Part shown: positions 1-9,038 of the stretch, one piece after another | Layout: the number at the start of each line of letters is the position of its first letter | Position numbering within the stretch: position 1 is the first letter of the stretch | Origin: Chloroflexota bacterium | Lineage (GTDB): Bacteria; Chloroflexota; Limnocylindria; Limnocylindrales; CSP1-4 | DNA length: 36,445 nt | Direction of reading: 5' to 3' | NCBI GenBank assembly: GCA_031370565.1 | Contig: JANMQO010000296.1 | Coordinates: 1-36,445 of the forward strand | Notes under the pieces: generated by a model | The model's input: only the letters and a program-made list of their open reading frames with translations | Database searches by the model: none | Told to the model about the DNA's origin: nothing | Program-made: the position numbers and the translations under genes

Positions 1-566
1 TCCAGCGAGCCCGGCGCAGGCCGGAACCAGCGCGCGGGCGCATGGGCCACGACATGGATGCGCTCCTCCGGGATGTCCAGCCAGCGCACGATTTCGAGCT
101 TCGACCACAAGCTCGGGGTGATGATCGCCGTGGCCCGCCGCGCGATCGGCCGCAGCAGCAGGCGCGCCCGCGCCACCCGGGCGAGGGGATGGAACTCCGG
201 GCAGGCGAGCACCGACATGTCATGGAGGGTCACCACCAGCGGCATGCGGCCGCTGACCGGGGCCGCGTAGCCCGGCACGTGCAGGAGATCGAGGCCGGAA
301 CTCGGCAACCAGGCGGGCAGGACGCCCAGCGTCCAGACTGCCCGGATCGGACAGTGCGGTCCAGTCACCCGGACCGGCGACGACGGGTTCCAGGGCAGGT
401 CGTCGGCGACCAGGCTGCGCTGGCTGACGGGCACGATCGCCGCCTCCGGGCCGGTCCGCCACAGGGCGCCCAGCAGTTCGTGGGCATACCGGCCGACACC
501 GGTCCGCGGGCTGCGCAACGAGGTCACATCGAACCCGACGCGAACCGGACGATCCAGGGCGGCCAT
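1..566 (-). CDS. Glycosyltransferase family 4 (GT-B) protein, N-terminal part; runs off the window edge
   Basis: Not in the ORF track. Manual translation from ATG 566 gives MAALDRPVRVGFDVTSLRSPRTGVGRYAHELL...LDLLHVPGYAAP...LVVTLHDMSVL..PEFH...AIITPSLWSKLEIVRWLDIPEERIHVV, a typical GT4 N-terminal domain. Starts 3 nt after the upstream stop codon. Confidence 0.85.
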   Translation of the reverse strand, partial: MAALDRPVRVGFDVTSLRSPRTGVGRYAHELLGALWRTGPEAAIVPVSQRSLVADDLPWNPSSPVRVTGPHCPIRAVWTLGVLPAWLPSSGLDLLHVPGYAAPVSGRMPLVVTLHDMSVLACPEFHPLARVARARLLLRPIARRATAIITPSLWSKLEIVRWLDIPEERIHVVAHAPARWFRPAPGSL

Positions 567-569
567 CGC

Positions 570-1778
570 TCAGCCACGTCCGTCGACGTTGCGCGGCAAC
601 CGGTCCACGAGCGCGTCCAAGACCCCGGCGAAAGCCCCGGCCAGGCCGCCGGCCCGGGTCGTTCGGGAGCCATGCCCAGGGCGACCATGCGAGAAGAAGG
701 CCCTGTTGCTGCGCCGCGCCTGGCGCAGGCCAGCGGCGCTCCAATCGACGGCGTCGACCGAGGCCAGAGCGATCTCGTCGCCGGGCACGCCGTGGATGAC
801 GTTGGCCTCGAGCGGCCACATCTGCTTGCCGAAGGTCGCGATCGGCCGACGGCTCGGTCGCGAGGTGAGCACGTACGGCGAGCGGAGCTGTGCCCGGTCT
901 TTGCTGGCGTACAGATCGACCGCGACGTCGACCTGCGGGAGTCGGGGGGCGAGCGCTCGAAGAGCCCGCGGCGTCAGCTCGAAGGACGCGTCGTAGATGG
1001 CCCCTGCATCCGCGATGGAGTGGAACCGGAACTCGTTCCGGTCGCGCTGGAGCGGAACCTGGAAGAAGGCTGAGGAATGCCGGAAGTGAACACCTGGCTC
1101 ACCCCAGCCCGTAGTCAGCGAGACACGCGGATAGACGACCGACCGCCCGGTCTCGACGCAATACAGGGCTGCCCGCGGGAACCATTCGTCCGGCCCGAAG
1201 TGCTGGAAAGCCTCGGGCAGATCCGGGTGGCGGCGCATCGGCGCCTCCGGCCGGAAGGCCGGCTCGAGGCCCTCCCACTGGCGCAGCGTGAACGCCATGC
1301 CCTGCGTGAACGGCACGCCCGCGAAGTAGGCGTCGGCGCCGTCCTCGATCGGAAGGAAGGGCAACTGCGTATAGCCGTGAAACCACGGTGCGTAGAGCGA
1401 CACGAGGGCGATCTGGTCATCGTCGGAGACGGCCGCGAGCGCCTGCGTGGCATAGCCGTGGAACCGGGGCGAGACGACCAGATCCTCTTCGAGCAGGATG
1501 ATGACGCCGTGCGTTCGCACCCGTTCGCCGCACGACCGGAGGTGACCGACCAGGCCGAGGTGACTCGGCTGGACGACCACCTCCAGCGGGCCGGCGGACC
1601 AGGCGACAGCTCTGGCCGCCGCCAGCACCTCAGCCGCTCGCGCTCCCCCCGCGTCGATCGAGATGACGAGCGGGACGACCTCCCCCGGCGGATAGTCGGC
1701 GGTCTCGATGGAGTGCAGTAGTCGGCGCAGCGCATCGGGTCGATCGAACGCGCAGACCACGACAGCCGGGGCGGTCAC
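570..1778 (-). CDS. GT2-like (GT-A fold) glycosyltransferase
   Basis: C-terminal part of ORF 570..2300. GTG 1778 overlaps the upstream stop (GTGA). Motifs VVCAFDRPDALRRLL, LVISID and IILLEEDLVVSP. Confidence 0.8.
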   Translation of the reverse strand: MTAPAVVVCAFDRPDALRRLLHSIETADYPPGEVVPLVISIDAGGARAAEVLAAARAVAWSAGPLEVVVQPSHLGLVGHLRSCGERVRTHGVIILLEEDLVVSPRFHGYATQALAAVSDDDQIALVSLYAPWFHGYTQLPFLPIEDGADAYFAGVPFTQGMAFTLRQWEGLEPAFRPEAPMRRHPDLPEAFQHFGPDEWFPRAALYCVETGRSVVYPRVSLTTGWGEPGVHFRHSSAFFQVPLQRDRNEFRFHSIADAGAIYDASFELTPRALRALAPRLPQVDVAVDLYASKDRAQLRSPYVLTSRPSRRPIATFGKQMWPLEANVIHGVPGDEIALASVDAVDWSAAGLRQARRSNRAFFSHGRPGHGSRTTRAGGLAGAFAGVLDALVDRLPRNVDGRG

Positions 1779-2590
1779 GGCCGCAGGCCCACGAGCGCGC
1801 CCAGGACCGCTGCCAGGGTGTCCTGCACGGACCCCGGATCGGTTGGTCCCTGCCACGGCTCCCGGGCCAGGCTGTCCGCGACAACCAGCACGGCCGCAGT
1901 CCGGATCCCGCGCCGCCGGCCGACGGCGAACAACGCGGCGGCCTCCATCTCGACCACCAGCGCCCCGCGCGCCCGGGCGCGAACCAGCGCCGTCCTCGTC
2001 TCGCGGTAGCACGCGTCGGTTGTCCAGCTCAGGCCCGGCCGCGCCGCGATTCCAGTGGCGCGCAGGCAGTCGATGACCTGCCCCGTCAACTCGGCGCTGG
2101 CTTCCACCGTGGGGCCCGGCGGCAGGTAGTGGCCAGAAACCCCCTCGTCGCGCAGCGCCCCCGTGGCGACGATGACGGTGGTCGGGGCGAGGTCGGCCGT
2201 CAGTGCGCCGGCGGTTCCGACTGCGATGAGCGCGGTCGCGCCAAGAGCCGTCAACTCTTCGACTGCGATCGCCATGGCCGGTGCGCCCATCCCCGGACAA
2301 CCGAACACACCCACACGATGGCCGGTGCGCCCAAGGGTCAGCAACTCGCCCGCCAGGCCGTCCCGGGATCGTCCCCGAAAGCGGCGTCGGGCGACGTCGA
2401 ACAGGGTCCGATCCAGGGTCAGGATGGTCAGCGCCGGCGCGGGGACGAGCGGTCCGCGACCGGTCGTCCGACGCCAGGCCAGCACATCCCTGGCGGACAC
2501 CAGCTCGGTCTCAGCCAGCTCCGCCAACAGGGCTGCGGACGCGCTGGGGATCGTGTCCGCGATAGGTTGCGCGCGGTACGGAGCTGACAT
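1775..2590 (-). CDS. Nucleoside phosphorylase, PNP/UDP family 1 (uridine/purine phosphorylase-like)
   Basis: Motifs GMGAPAMAIAVEEL, VGTAGAL, ALRDEGVSGHY, TTDACYRET and VEMEAAALF. Start re-called at ATG 2590. Confidence 0.85.
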   Translation of the reverse strand: MSAPYRAQPIADTIPSASAALLAELAETELVSARDVLAWRRTTGRGPLVPAPALTILTLDRTLFDVARRRFRGRSRDGLAGELLTLGRTGHRVGVFGCPGMGAPAMAIAVEELTALGATALIAVGTAGALTADLAPTTVIVATGALRDEGVSGHYLPPGPTVEASAELTGQVIDCLRATGIAARPGLSWTTDACYRETRTALVRARARGALVVEMEAAALFAVGRRRGIRTAAVLVVADSLAREPWQGPTDPGSVQDTLAAVLGALVGLRP

Positions 2591-2669
2591 CGGGCAGACT
2601 CGCCGCTGCGGAGACCGCCGACCCGGTCGGGTCGCTGCGCTGCGGTACGTCGCCCGGCGGCGTCCGGTT

Positions 2670-5132
2670 TCAGCCGGTGGCTGGCCTCGCCTGCGACCCA
2701 CCACCCGAGGTCCCGCTGGTCTGGCCGCCCGTCGCGGCCAGCACCTCGGCCACCTTGGACAACAGGCCAGCGGAGCTGAACGGCTTGTGCACGAACGCGA
2801 CACCCGGTTCCAGGATGCCGTCGCGGACGATGACGTCTTCCGGATAGCCCGACAGGAAGATGACCCCGATCCCGGGCTGCAGCGCAGCCACTCGGCTGGC
2901 TACCTCGGCCCCGCGCATCCCGGGCATGATCACGTCGCTCAGCAGCAGGCTGATCGAACCGGGGTGTTGCTCAGCCAGATCGACGGCCGCTGCGCCGTGC
3001 TCCGCCTCCAGCACGTCATAGCCGTGGGCACGGAGCAGGCGCGCGACGAGTGCCCGGACCGGTTCGTCGTCCTCAACGAGCAGAATGGTGCGGGGCGCCT
3101 CTCTTGCCGACGTCTGGACCGTCAACGGCTGCTGGCCTTGTCCCGTCGAGGGAGCGGGCAGGGCGACGGGCAGGGCGGTCGCCGCATCTACCCGCGGCAG
3201 CAGTATCCGGAACGAGCTTCCAGCGCCGGGCTTGCTCTCCAAGGCGATAGACCCGCCACTCTGTCGGACGATCCCGTGGACGGTCGAGAGCCCCATTCCC
3301 GCGCCAGGCTCGACGCCGCGATCCTTGGTCGTGAAGAACGGCTCGAAGACGCGGTCCACGATGTCCACCGCGATGCCCCGGCCGGTGTCGCGCACGGTCA
3401 GGCCGACATAGCGCCCGGGGCTCAGCTCGGGCGAGCCGGCCTGGTCCTCGGCAACGAGCGTCGTTGCGGCAGCCTCGATTGTCAGCCGGCCGCCGTCGGG
3501 CATTGCCTCGGCTGCGTTGAGCGCGAGATTGACGATTGCTCGCTCAAGCTGTGAGCGATCCGCGAAGACGCGGCCGACATCCCTGCCGAGCTGCCAGTCG
3601 ACCTCGACGCCGGGCCCGACCAGACCTCGCAACTCCGGTCCCAGGTTGGCCAGGAGCTGCCCCACGTCGAGGATCTCCGGGCGGAGCGGCTGCCGGCGAG
3701 CGAACGCCAGGAGCTGGTCGGTCAGTCCCGCGGCACGCTCGGCCGCCAGTCGAATCTGGTCGAGGTCCGCCCGCTCGCGATCCTGCTCGGGATGGGCCGC
3801 CAGGAGCGCTTCCGTGTAGCCTCCGATCGAGGTCAGCAGGTTGTTGAAGTCGTGTGCGATCCCGGCCGCCAGCTGACCGAGCGCTTGCAGCTTGTTGGCC
3901 TCGCGCAGCTGCGCCTCAACCTGGCGCCGTTCCGTTATATCGTCGCCGATGCTGGCCACGCCGCTGATCGCCCCAGTCAGATCGCGGACGAGGGCGTTGT
4001 TCCAGATGATCGTCCGACGCTGGCCGTCACGGGTCAGTACCTCGCCCTCCAGCGAGGAGCCGGCTTCCGCTCGGGCCAGTCGCTCGTGGTGTCCACGCCG
4101 GAAGGCCGCTGCCCGATCCGCCGGCACGAACCGCTCGAACCAGTCGGTGCCCAGCACATCTCCCGGAGAGAGGCCGGCCAGCTCGCACAGAAAGTCGTTG
4201 GCGAACGTGACCCGACCGTCCATGTCCACGATCACGGCCAGCAGTCGGACATCACGGAGGAGTTCTCGGAAGCGCGCCTCTGACGCCACGAGCGCCTGCT
4301 CAGCGAGCTTCTGGGCGGTGATGTCGAAGAGCAATCCGTGGAGATAGCGCGGTCGACCCGTCTCGTCGCGGATAGCGACCGATTCGTCGCGAATCCAGAC
4401 GACGCGGCCATCCCGGGCGACGAATCGATATTCTGAGCTGAAGGGACCGCTTGCCTGCTGGGCGAGCACCATGCCCGCCAAGGCATGTTCCCGGTCATCG
4501 GGGTGGATGAGCGAGGGCCACAGGTCGTTGTTCGTTTCGAAGGCCGCCGGTGGGTACCCCAGGATCGACTCGACCTGCGGGCTGATGTACAGGTTCGAAC
4601 TGCGGTCGTCGACCGTGTCGATATAGACGATTGCAGGCAGACGCTCGACCAGCGTTCGGTAGCGCAGGTCCGACGCCCGGAGTGCATCCTCCGTGTCGCG
4701 CTGGAGGCTGAGGTCGCGCAGAAACCCGACGAACAGCGGGGGATCTCGTGGAACGCGCGTGATGGCCACCTCGACCGGCACCCGTCGGCCGTCCGCCCGG
4801 AGCGCCAGCAACTCCACCCGTCGACCGATCATCGTCCCCTGCCCGGTCGCCTGATAGCGGGCAAAGCCGCGCAGATGCGCCTCTCGCATGTCGGGCGGGA
4901 TGAGCACGTCGGCCATCGGTCGGCCCACGACCGCCGCTCGCTGGTAGCCCAGCGTCCGTTCCGCGGCCGGGTTGAACTCGACGATGCGGCCCTCATGATC
5001 GATGACGATCACCGACTCGAGCGAGGATCCGATGACGGCGTCGCCGACGGGTCCGCCCGCAGAACGAGTAGTCGGATCGTCGCGGCTGACACGCTCGCCA
5101 CCCGTGGGTTCGTCCGGTCCGGCAGTGCCCAT
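2670..5132 (-). CDS. Cytoplasmic hybrid sensor histidine kinase/response regulator (3 PAS/PAC + HisKA + HATPase + receiver)
   Basis: Three PAS repeats, H-box AHDFNNLL, N-box NLALNA, DTGRG, EPFFTTK, GMGL; receiver LLVEDD...SDVIMPG...SG...KPF. No hydrophobic TM stretch. Start ATG 5132 is uncertain; the track start lies across the tRNA. Confidence 0.92.
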   Translation of the reverse strand: MGTAGPDEPTGGERVSRDDPTTRSAGGPVGDAVIGSSLESVIVIDHEGRIVEFNPAAERTLGYQRAAVVGRPMADVLIPPDMREAHLRGFARYQATGQGTMIGRRVELLALRADGRRVPVEVAITRVPRDPPLFVGFLRDLSLQRDTEDALRASDLRYRTLVERLPAIVYIDTVDDRSSNLYISPQVESILGYPPAAFETNNDLWPSLIHPDDREHALAGMVLAQQASGPFSSEYRFVARDGRVVWIRDESVAIRDETGRPRYLHGLLFDITAQKLAEQALVASEARFRELLRDVRLLAVIVDMDGRVTFANDFLCELAGLSPGDVLGTDWFERFVPADRAAAFRRGHHERLARAEAGSSLEGEVLTRDGQRRTIIWNNALVRDLTGAISGVASIGDDITERRQVEAQLREANKLQALGQLAAGIAHDFNNLLTSIGGYTEALLAAHPEQDRERADLDQIRLAAERAAGLTDQLLAFARRQPLRPEILDVGQLLANLGPELRGLVGPGVEVDWQLGRDVGRVFADRSQLERAIVNLALNAAEAMPDGGRLTIEAAATTLVAEDQAGSPELSPGRYVGLTVRDTGRGIAVDIVDRVFEPFFTTKDRGVEPGAGMGLSTVHGIVRQSGGSIALESKPGAGSSFRILLPRVDAATALPVALPAPSTGQGQQPLTVQTSAREAPRTILLVEDDEPVRALVARLLRAHGYDVLEAEHGAAAVDLAEQHPGSISLLLSDVIMPGMRGAEVASRVAALQPGIGVIFLSGYPEDVIVRDGILEPGVAFVHKPFSSAGLLSKVAEVLAATGGQTSGTSGGGSQARPATG

Positions 5133-5250
5133 TGTTGCGGTCCGCCTGTGGGTGCAGCGTCTATCCTGGCCCGCCGCTCCCCACGGGTCTGGCCTTGGCT
5201 GGCGATGGTCTGCCACATCGCGATCTCGCGCGCGGGCCCGGCCTGTGGAA

Positions 5251-5327
5251 TGGTGGGCGATACTGGATTCGAACCAGTGACCTCGCGGATGTGAACCGCG
5301 CGCTCTAACCGACTGAGCCAATCGCCC
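5251..5327 (-). tRNA. tRNA-Val (anticodon CAC), CCA encoded
   Basis: Minus strand reads GGGCGATTGGCTCAGTCGGTTAGAGCGCGCGGTTCACATCCGCGAGGTCACTGGTTCGAATCCAGTATCGCCCACCA: 7-bp acceptor stem, anticodon arm CGCGG-TTCACAT-CCGCG, T-loop TTCGAAT. Confidence 0.97.
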
Positions 5328-5362
5328 CGAAGATACCTCGAGCACCGCTGCAAAGCGGGTCG

Positions 5363-5392
5363 ATCATAGCCGGAGGCCAGGCCAACGGGCAA
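5363..5392 (-). promoter_or_regulatory. Putative sigma70-type promoter of tRNA-Val
   Basis: TTGCCC (5392-5387) - 18 nt - TATGAT (5368-5363). The -10 element overlaps the yggU stop codon. Confidence 0.55.
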
Positions 5393-5645
5393 GGACCCGC
5401 TCCGCTGCCAAGCCATCGACGGCGATCGACTTGCGTCGACCGCGCGCACCAGCCGCGATCCGGATCGCCGACGCCGGCAGCTCGAGCGCCTCCGCGAGCA
5501 GACGCACGAGCGAGCGATTGGCGGCCTCATCGACCGGCGGCGCGGCCACCCGGACGTGCAGCACGCCGTCCACGACATCGCCCACGCGGTCGGTGCCGGC
5601 CCGGGGGGTCAAACGGACGGCGAAGCGGACCGCCGCGGTCGTCAT
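5364..5645 (-). CDS. yggU: DUF167/YggU family protein
   Basis: VRLTPRA, LHVRVAAPPVDEAAN, GARGRRK. ATGA overlap with yggS. Confidence 0.9.
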   Translation of the reverse strand: MTTAAVRFAVRLTPRAGTDRVGDVVDGVLHVRVAAPPVDEAANRSLVRLLAEALELPASAIRIAAGARGRRKSIAVDGLAAERVLARWPGLRL

Positions 5646-6415
5646 CCGGGCGCGCCATCGGCCGGCCGGTGGTCCGGCGCCTCGGCGCGATCCCCGAACA
5701 GTGCCCGGCCCACCCGCACGATCGTCGCCCCTTCTTCCACCGCGATCGGGTAGTCGGCGCTCATGCCCATCGACAGCTCCGGCCCGAGATCGGGCTGCTC
5801 GGTCCGCAGACGCGCCGCCAGGTGGCGCAGGCGGCGGAACGTCGGCCGAGCCTCCTCGGGTTGGGCCACGGGTCGTCCGATGGTCATGAGCCCGTCGATC
5901 CGGAGTGCCGTGAGCTCGAGCAGCCGGGGCAGCGCCGGGGGCAGCGCCGCCGGGGCGAAGCCCGCCTTGGCCGGATCGTCATCGACGTTGACCTGGAGCA
6001 GGAGGACCAGACGTGTCTCCAGCGGAACGCCGCCCGACGTGGACAAGCCGCGGATCTCCCGGACCAGCCGATCCAGGCGTTCAGCCAGCTCGACCGAATC
6101 GACCGACTGGATCGTCGCGAACAGCTCGACTGCCCGCCGGGCCTTGTTTGATTGGAGCGGACCGATGAGGTGCCACCGGACGCCCGGTACAAGCGGGATC
6201 TTGACGGCCGCTTCATGGACCCGGTTCTCGGCAAGGTCGGTCAGGCCGGCCGTCTGGGCGGCCCGCAACTGGTCCGGAGCAACCGTTTTCGAGACGGCCA
6301 GCAGGTGCACTTCGGACGGATTGCGGCCGACGCGCTGGCAGGCGCTGGCGATCTGGGACAGGACCAGCGCCCGGCGCAGCCGATACTTGTCGACCGCAGC
6401 CGGCTCCACCGCCAC
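5642..6415 (-). CDS. yggS: YggS family pyridoxal phosphate homeostasis protein
   Basis: LAVSKT, ENR, WHLIGPLQSNK, GLMTIG, LSMGMSAD, GATIVRVGRALFG. Confidence 0.95.
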   Translation of the reverse strand: MAVEPAAVDKYRLRRALVLSQIASACQRVGRNPSEVHLLAVSKTVAPDQLRAAQTAGLTDLAENRVHEAAVKIPLVPGVRWHLIGPLQSNKARRAVELFATIQSVDSVELAERLDRLVREIRGLSTSGGVPLETRLVLLLQVNVDDDPAKAGFAPAALPPALPRLLELTALRIDGLMTIGRPVAQPEEARPTFRRLRHLAARLRTEQPDLGPELSMGMSADYPIAVEEGATIVRVGRALFGDRAEAPDHRPADGAPG

Positions 6416-6445
6416 CGTCGGCAGGCTGGCAGGAATCGGCGTCCC

Positions 6446-7654
6446 CTACCTCCGGCGGAGGAAGCTCGGGATCTCCAGATCCTCCGGGTCGATCTGGGGT
6501 CGCTGGGCTGATACCGCGGCCGCGCCCACCGAGCGCTCCACGCGGACGGCTGCAGCGGCGCCGTCGTGCCTGCCCTGGTCGCCACCGCTGGCCTGGCGCT
6601 GTCGATCGAGCTCTTCGAGGAAGTCCCGCGAAGTGGTCCGTACCGATGCCTGGGCATCCCAGCCGCTGGCCGCGGCCGCCTGCCGGCCGGCGTCGCGCTT
6701 CCGGCCGGCATCGAAGCCGGTGGCGATGACGGTGATCATGACCTCGTCACCGAGGCGCTCGTTGAAGCTCGTGCCGAAGATGATGTTCGCCTCGGGATCC
6801 GCCGCGGCGCGGATCTCCTCGGCTGCCTCGGTCACCTCGTACAGGCTCAGGCTGGACGACCCGGTGATGTTGAACAGGATCCCCTGGGCACCGGCGATGT
6901 TGATCTCGAGCAGCGGGCTGGCGATCGCCTGACGAGCGGCCTCCAGGGCGCGATTCTCGCCGGAGGCTCGGCCGATGCCCATGAGTGCCGACCCGGCGTC
7001 CTTCATGATCGTGCGCACGTCGGCGAAGTCGAGGTTGATCAGGCCGGGCACGGTGATGATGTCGCTGATTCCCTGGACGCCCTGGCGCAGGACGTCGTCG
7101 ACGACCCGGAAGGCGTCCACGATGGAGGTGTTCTTCTGGACCACGTCGCGCAGCCGGTCGTTGGGGATCGTGATGAGCGTATCGACGTTGGCCTTGAGTT
7201 CCTCGGCCGACTTCTCGGCGACGAGCTTGCGTCGGTTGCCCTCGAAGCTGAACGGTTTGGTCACCACCCCGATCGTCAGCGCGCCGAGTTCCTTGGCGAT
7301 CTGGGCGACGACAGGAGCAGCGCCCGAGCCGGTGCCGCCGCCGAGTCCGGAGGTGATGAAGACCATGTCCGAATCGCGCAAGGCGTCGGCGATTTTCTCC
7401 GAGTCTTCCTCGGCCGCGCGCTGGCCGATGGACGCATCCCCACCGGCGCCGAGGCCGCGGGTCATCTTGTCGCCGATCCGGATCTTGTGCGGCGCGTCCG
7501 ACTGGAGCAACGCCTGGGCATCCGTGTTGCAGGCGATGAACTCCACGCCCATCATCTCGGCGCGAATCATCCGGTTGACGGCGTTGCTGCCGCCTCCGCC
7601 CACCCCGATGACCCGAATCAGCGCGAAGTTCTCGGAATCAGACCGCAGCGACAT
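6446..7654 (-). CDS. ftsZ: Cell division protein FtsZ
   Basis: [10 protein letters not shown], tubulin signature GGGTGSG, NLDFAD, C-terminal peptide [19 protein letters not shown]. Confidence 0.99.
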   Translation of the reverse strand: MSLRSDSENFALIRVIGVGGGGSNAVNRMIRAEMMGVEFIACNTDAQALLQSDAPHKIRIGDKMTRGLGAGGDASIGQRAAEEDSEKIADALRDSDMVFITSGLGGGTGSGAAPVVAQIAKELGALTIGVVTKPFSFEGNRRKLVAEKSAEELKANVDTLITIPNDRLRDVVQKNTSIVDAFRVVDDVLRQGVQGISDIITVPGLINLDFADVRTIMKDAGSALMGIGRASGENRALEAARQAIASPLLEINIAGAQGILFNITGSSSLSLYEVTEAAEEIRAAADPEANIIFGTSFNERLGDEVMITVIATGFDAGRKRDAGRQAAAASGWDAQASVRTTSRDFLEELDRQRQASGGDQGRHDGAAAAVRVERSVGAAAVSAQRPQIDPEDLEIPSFLRRR

Positions 7655-7764
7655 CGCCTCTCCTCGGGTTGGTTCGAGCTAGGTTGTGTGTCGGACGTCA
7701 GTGCCATCGCGCGAGGCGTCTCGGGCGACGGGTCGGTGCTGGGGTCTCCCCCAAGGTTCGGGGC

Positions 7765-7770
7765 AGTATA
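7765..7770 (-). promoter_or_regulatory. Putative -10 element of an internal ftsZ promoter
   Basis: TATACT in the 132-nt ftsA-ftsZ gap of otherwise GC-rich DNA. No convincing -35. Confidence 0.5.
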
Positions 7771-7786
7771 CCGCCGCGACGGGCGA

Positions 7787-9031
7787 TCAGGGGAAGATGC
7801 TGCGCAGCGCATCGCGCAGGCGGCCGATCAGGCCAAGGGCCGGCACGGACTCGTAGCGGCCCGGCGCGCCCGCGCTGAGCGACGTGGCACCCCAGCGGAG
7901 CAGGCCCAGCGCGGTGCTGTTGGCCGGCGTGAGCAGGTTGTCGACCAGGCCGCCGACGCCGCTCGGTCCGGCGATCCGGACAGGCATGCCCAGCACCTGG
8001 CGGCCGAGCTCCGCTGTCCCGGCCAGCTGGGCCGCCCCGCCGGTCAGCACGATCCCGGCCGGCAGCATGCCGTGGCCGGACGCACGCATCGCGTTGGCCA
8101 CCATTTCGAAGGTCTCACGCATCCGGGCTTCGATGACCTGGCACAGCTCGAGTCGGCTGACCGAGCGACCAGCCTCCTCGCCCAGCACGGATACGCTGAT
8201 CGTCTCGTCCGGGTCGACCTCGCGCAGGTCGCACGTGCCGTGGCGAGTCTTGAGCTCTTCGGCCACCTGCAGGCTGGTCTTCATGACCGCGGCGATATCC
8301 ATGGTCACGTTGTTGCCGCCGACCGGCAGCACGCTCGTGTGAAACGGCGAGCCATCACTGAACAGGGCCAGGTCGATCGTGCCGGCCCCGATGTCGGCAA
8401 CGGCCACGCCCAATTCCTTCTCGGTCTCGGTCAGCACGCTCTCGGCCGAGGCCAGCGAGGCAGCCACCAGCTCATCGATCTTGACCCCCCCGGCCAGCAC
8501 GCACTTGGTCAGGTTCTGGACCGGCGTGGCGGAGGCGGTGACGATGTGGGTCTCGACCTCCAGTCGGATGCCGCTCATGCCGCGGGGATCCTTGACGCCC
8601 TCCTGGCCGTCCACGATGAATCCGCGGGGCAGGACGTGCAGGACCTCCCGGTTCGACGGAATCGAGACGGCCCGGGCAACCTCGGTGGCCCGATTGATGT
8701 CTTCGTTGGTGATCTCGCGGTCATGGCCGCTGACGGCCACCGCACCACGCGAGTTCTGGCTTTCGACGTGTGGACCGCCGACGCCCACGAACGCGCGGTC
8801 GATCTTCCAGCCGGACAGCCGCTCGGCGAGCTCCACGGCCTGGGCGATCGAATTGACCGTCTGCTCGATGTTGACGACCGCCCCTTTCTTGAGGCCCGTC
8901 GCCGGAACGGTGCCCTTGCCGATGATCGTGAGCGCGCCGTCTCGACCCACTTCGCCGATGAGCGCAGTGACCTTCGTCGTGCCGACGTCGATCCCGACCA
9001 GGACCGCTTCTCGTTCCACTGTCGTTGTCAT
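7787..9031 (-). CDS. ftsA: Cell division protein FtsA
   Basis: GIDVGTTKV, DIGAGT, GGNNVTMDI, AEELK, VLTGGAA. Directly upstream of ftsZ. Confidence 0.97.
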   Translation of the reverse strand: MTTTVEREAVLVGIDVGTTKVTALIGEVGRDGALTIIGKGTVPATGLKKGAVVNIEQTVNSIAQAVELAERLSGWKIDRAFVGVGGPHVESQNSRGAVAVSGHDREITNEDINRATEVARAVSIPSNREVLHVLPRGFIVDGQEGVKDPRGMSGIRLEVETHIVTASATPVQNLTKCVLAGGVKIDELVAASLASAESVLTETEKELGVAVADIGAGTIDLALFSDGSPFHTSVLPVGGNNVTMDIAAVMKTSLQVAEELKTRHGTCDLREVDPDETISVSVLGEEAGRSVSRLELCQVIEARMRETFEMVANAMRASGHGMLPAGIVLTGGAAQLAGTAELGRQVLGMPVRIAGPSGVGGLVDNLLTPANSTALGLLRWGATSLSAGAPGRYESVPALGLIGRLRDALRSIFP

Positions 9032-9038
9032 CCTCGCG

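Noticed and set aside
5133-5345. N-terminal extension of the kinase ORF (track 2670..5345) through the tRNA
   Set aside because: The extension is just the tRNA sequence read in an open frame. PAS homology begins near 5030.
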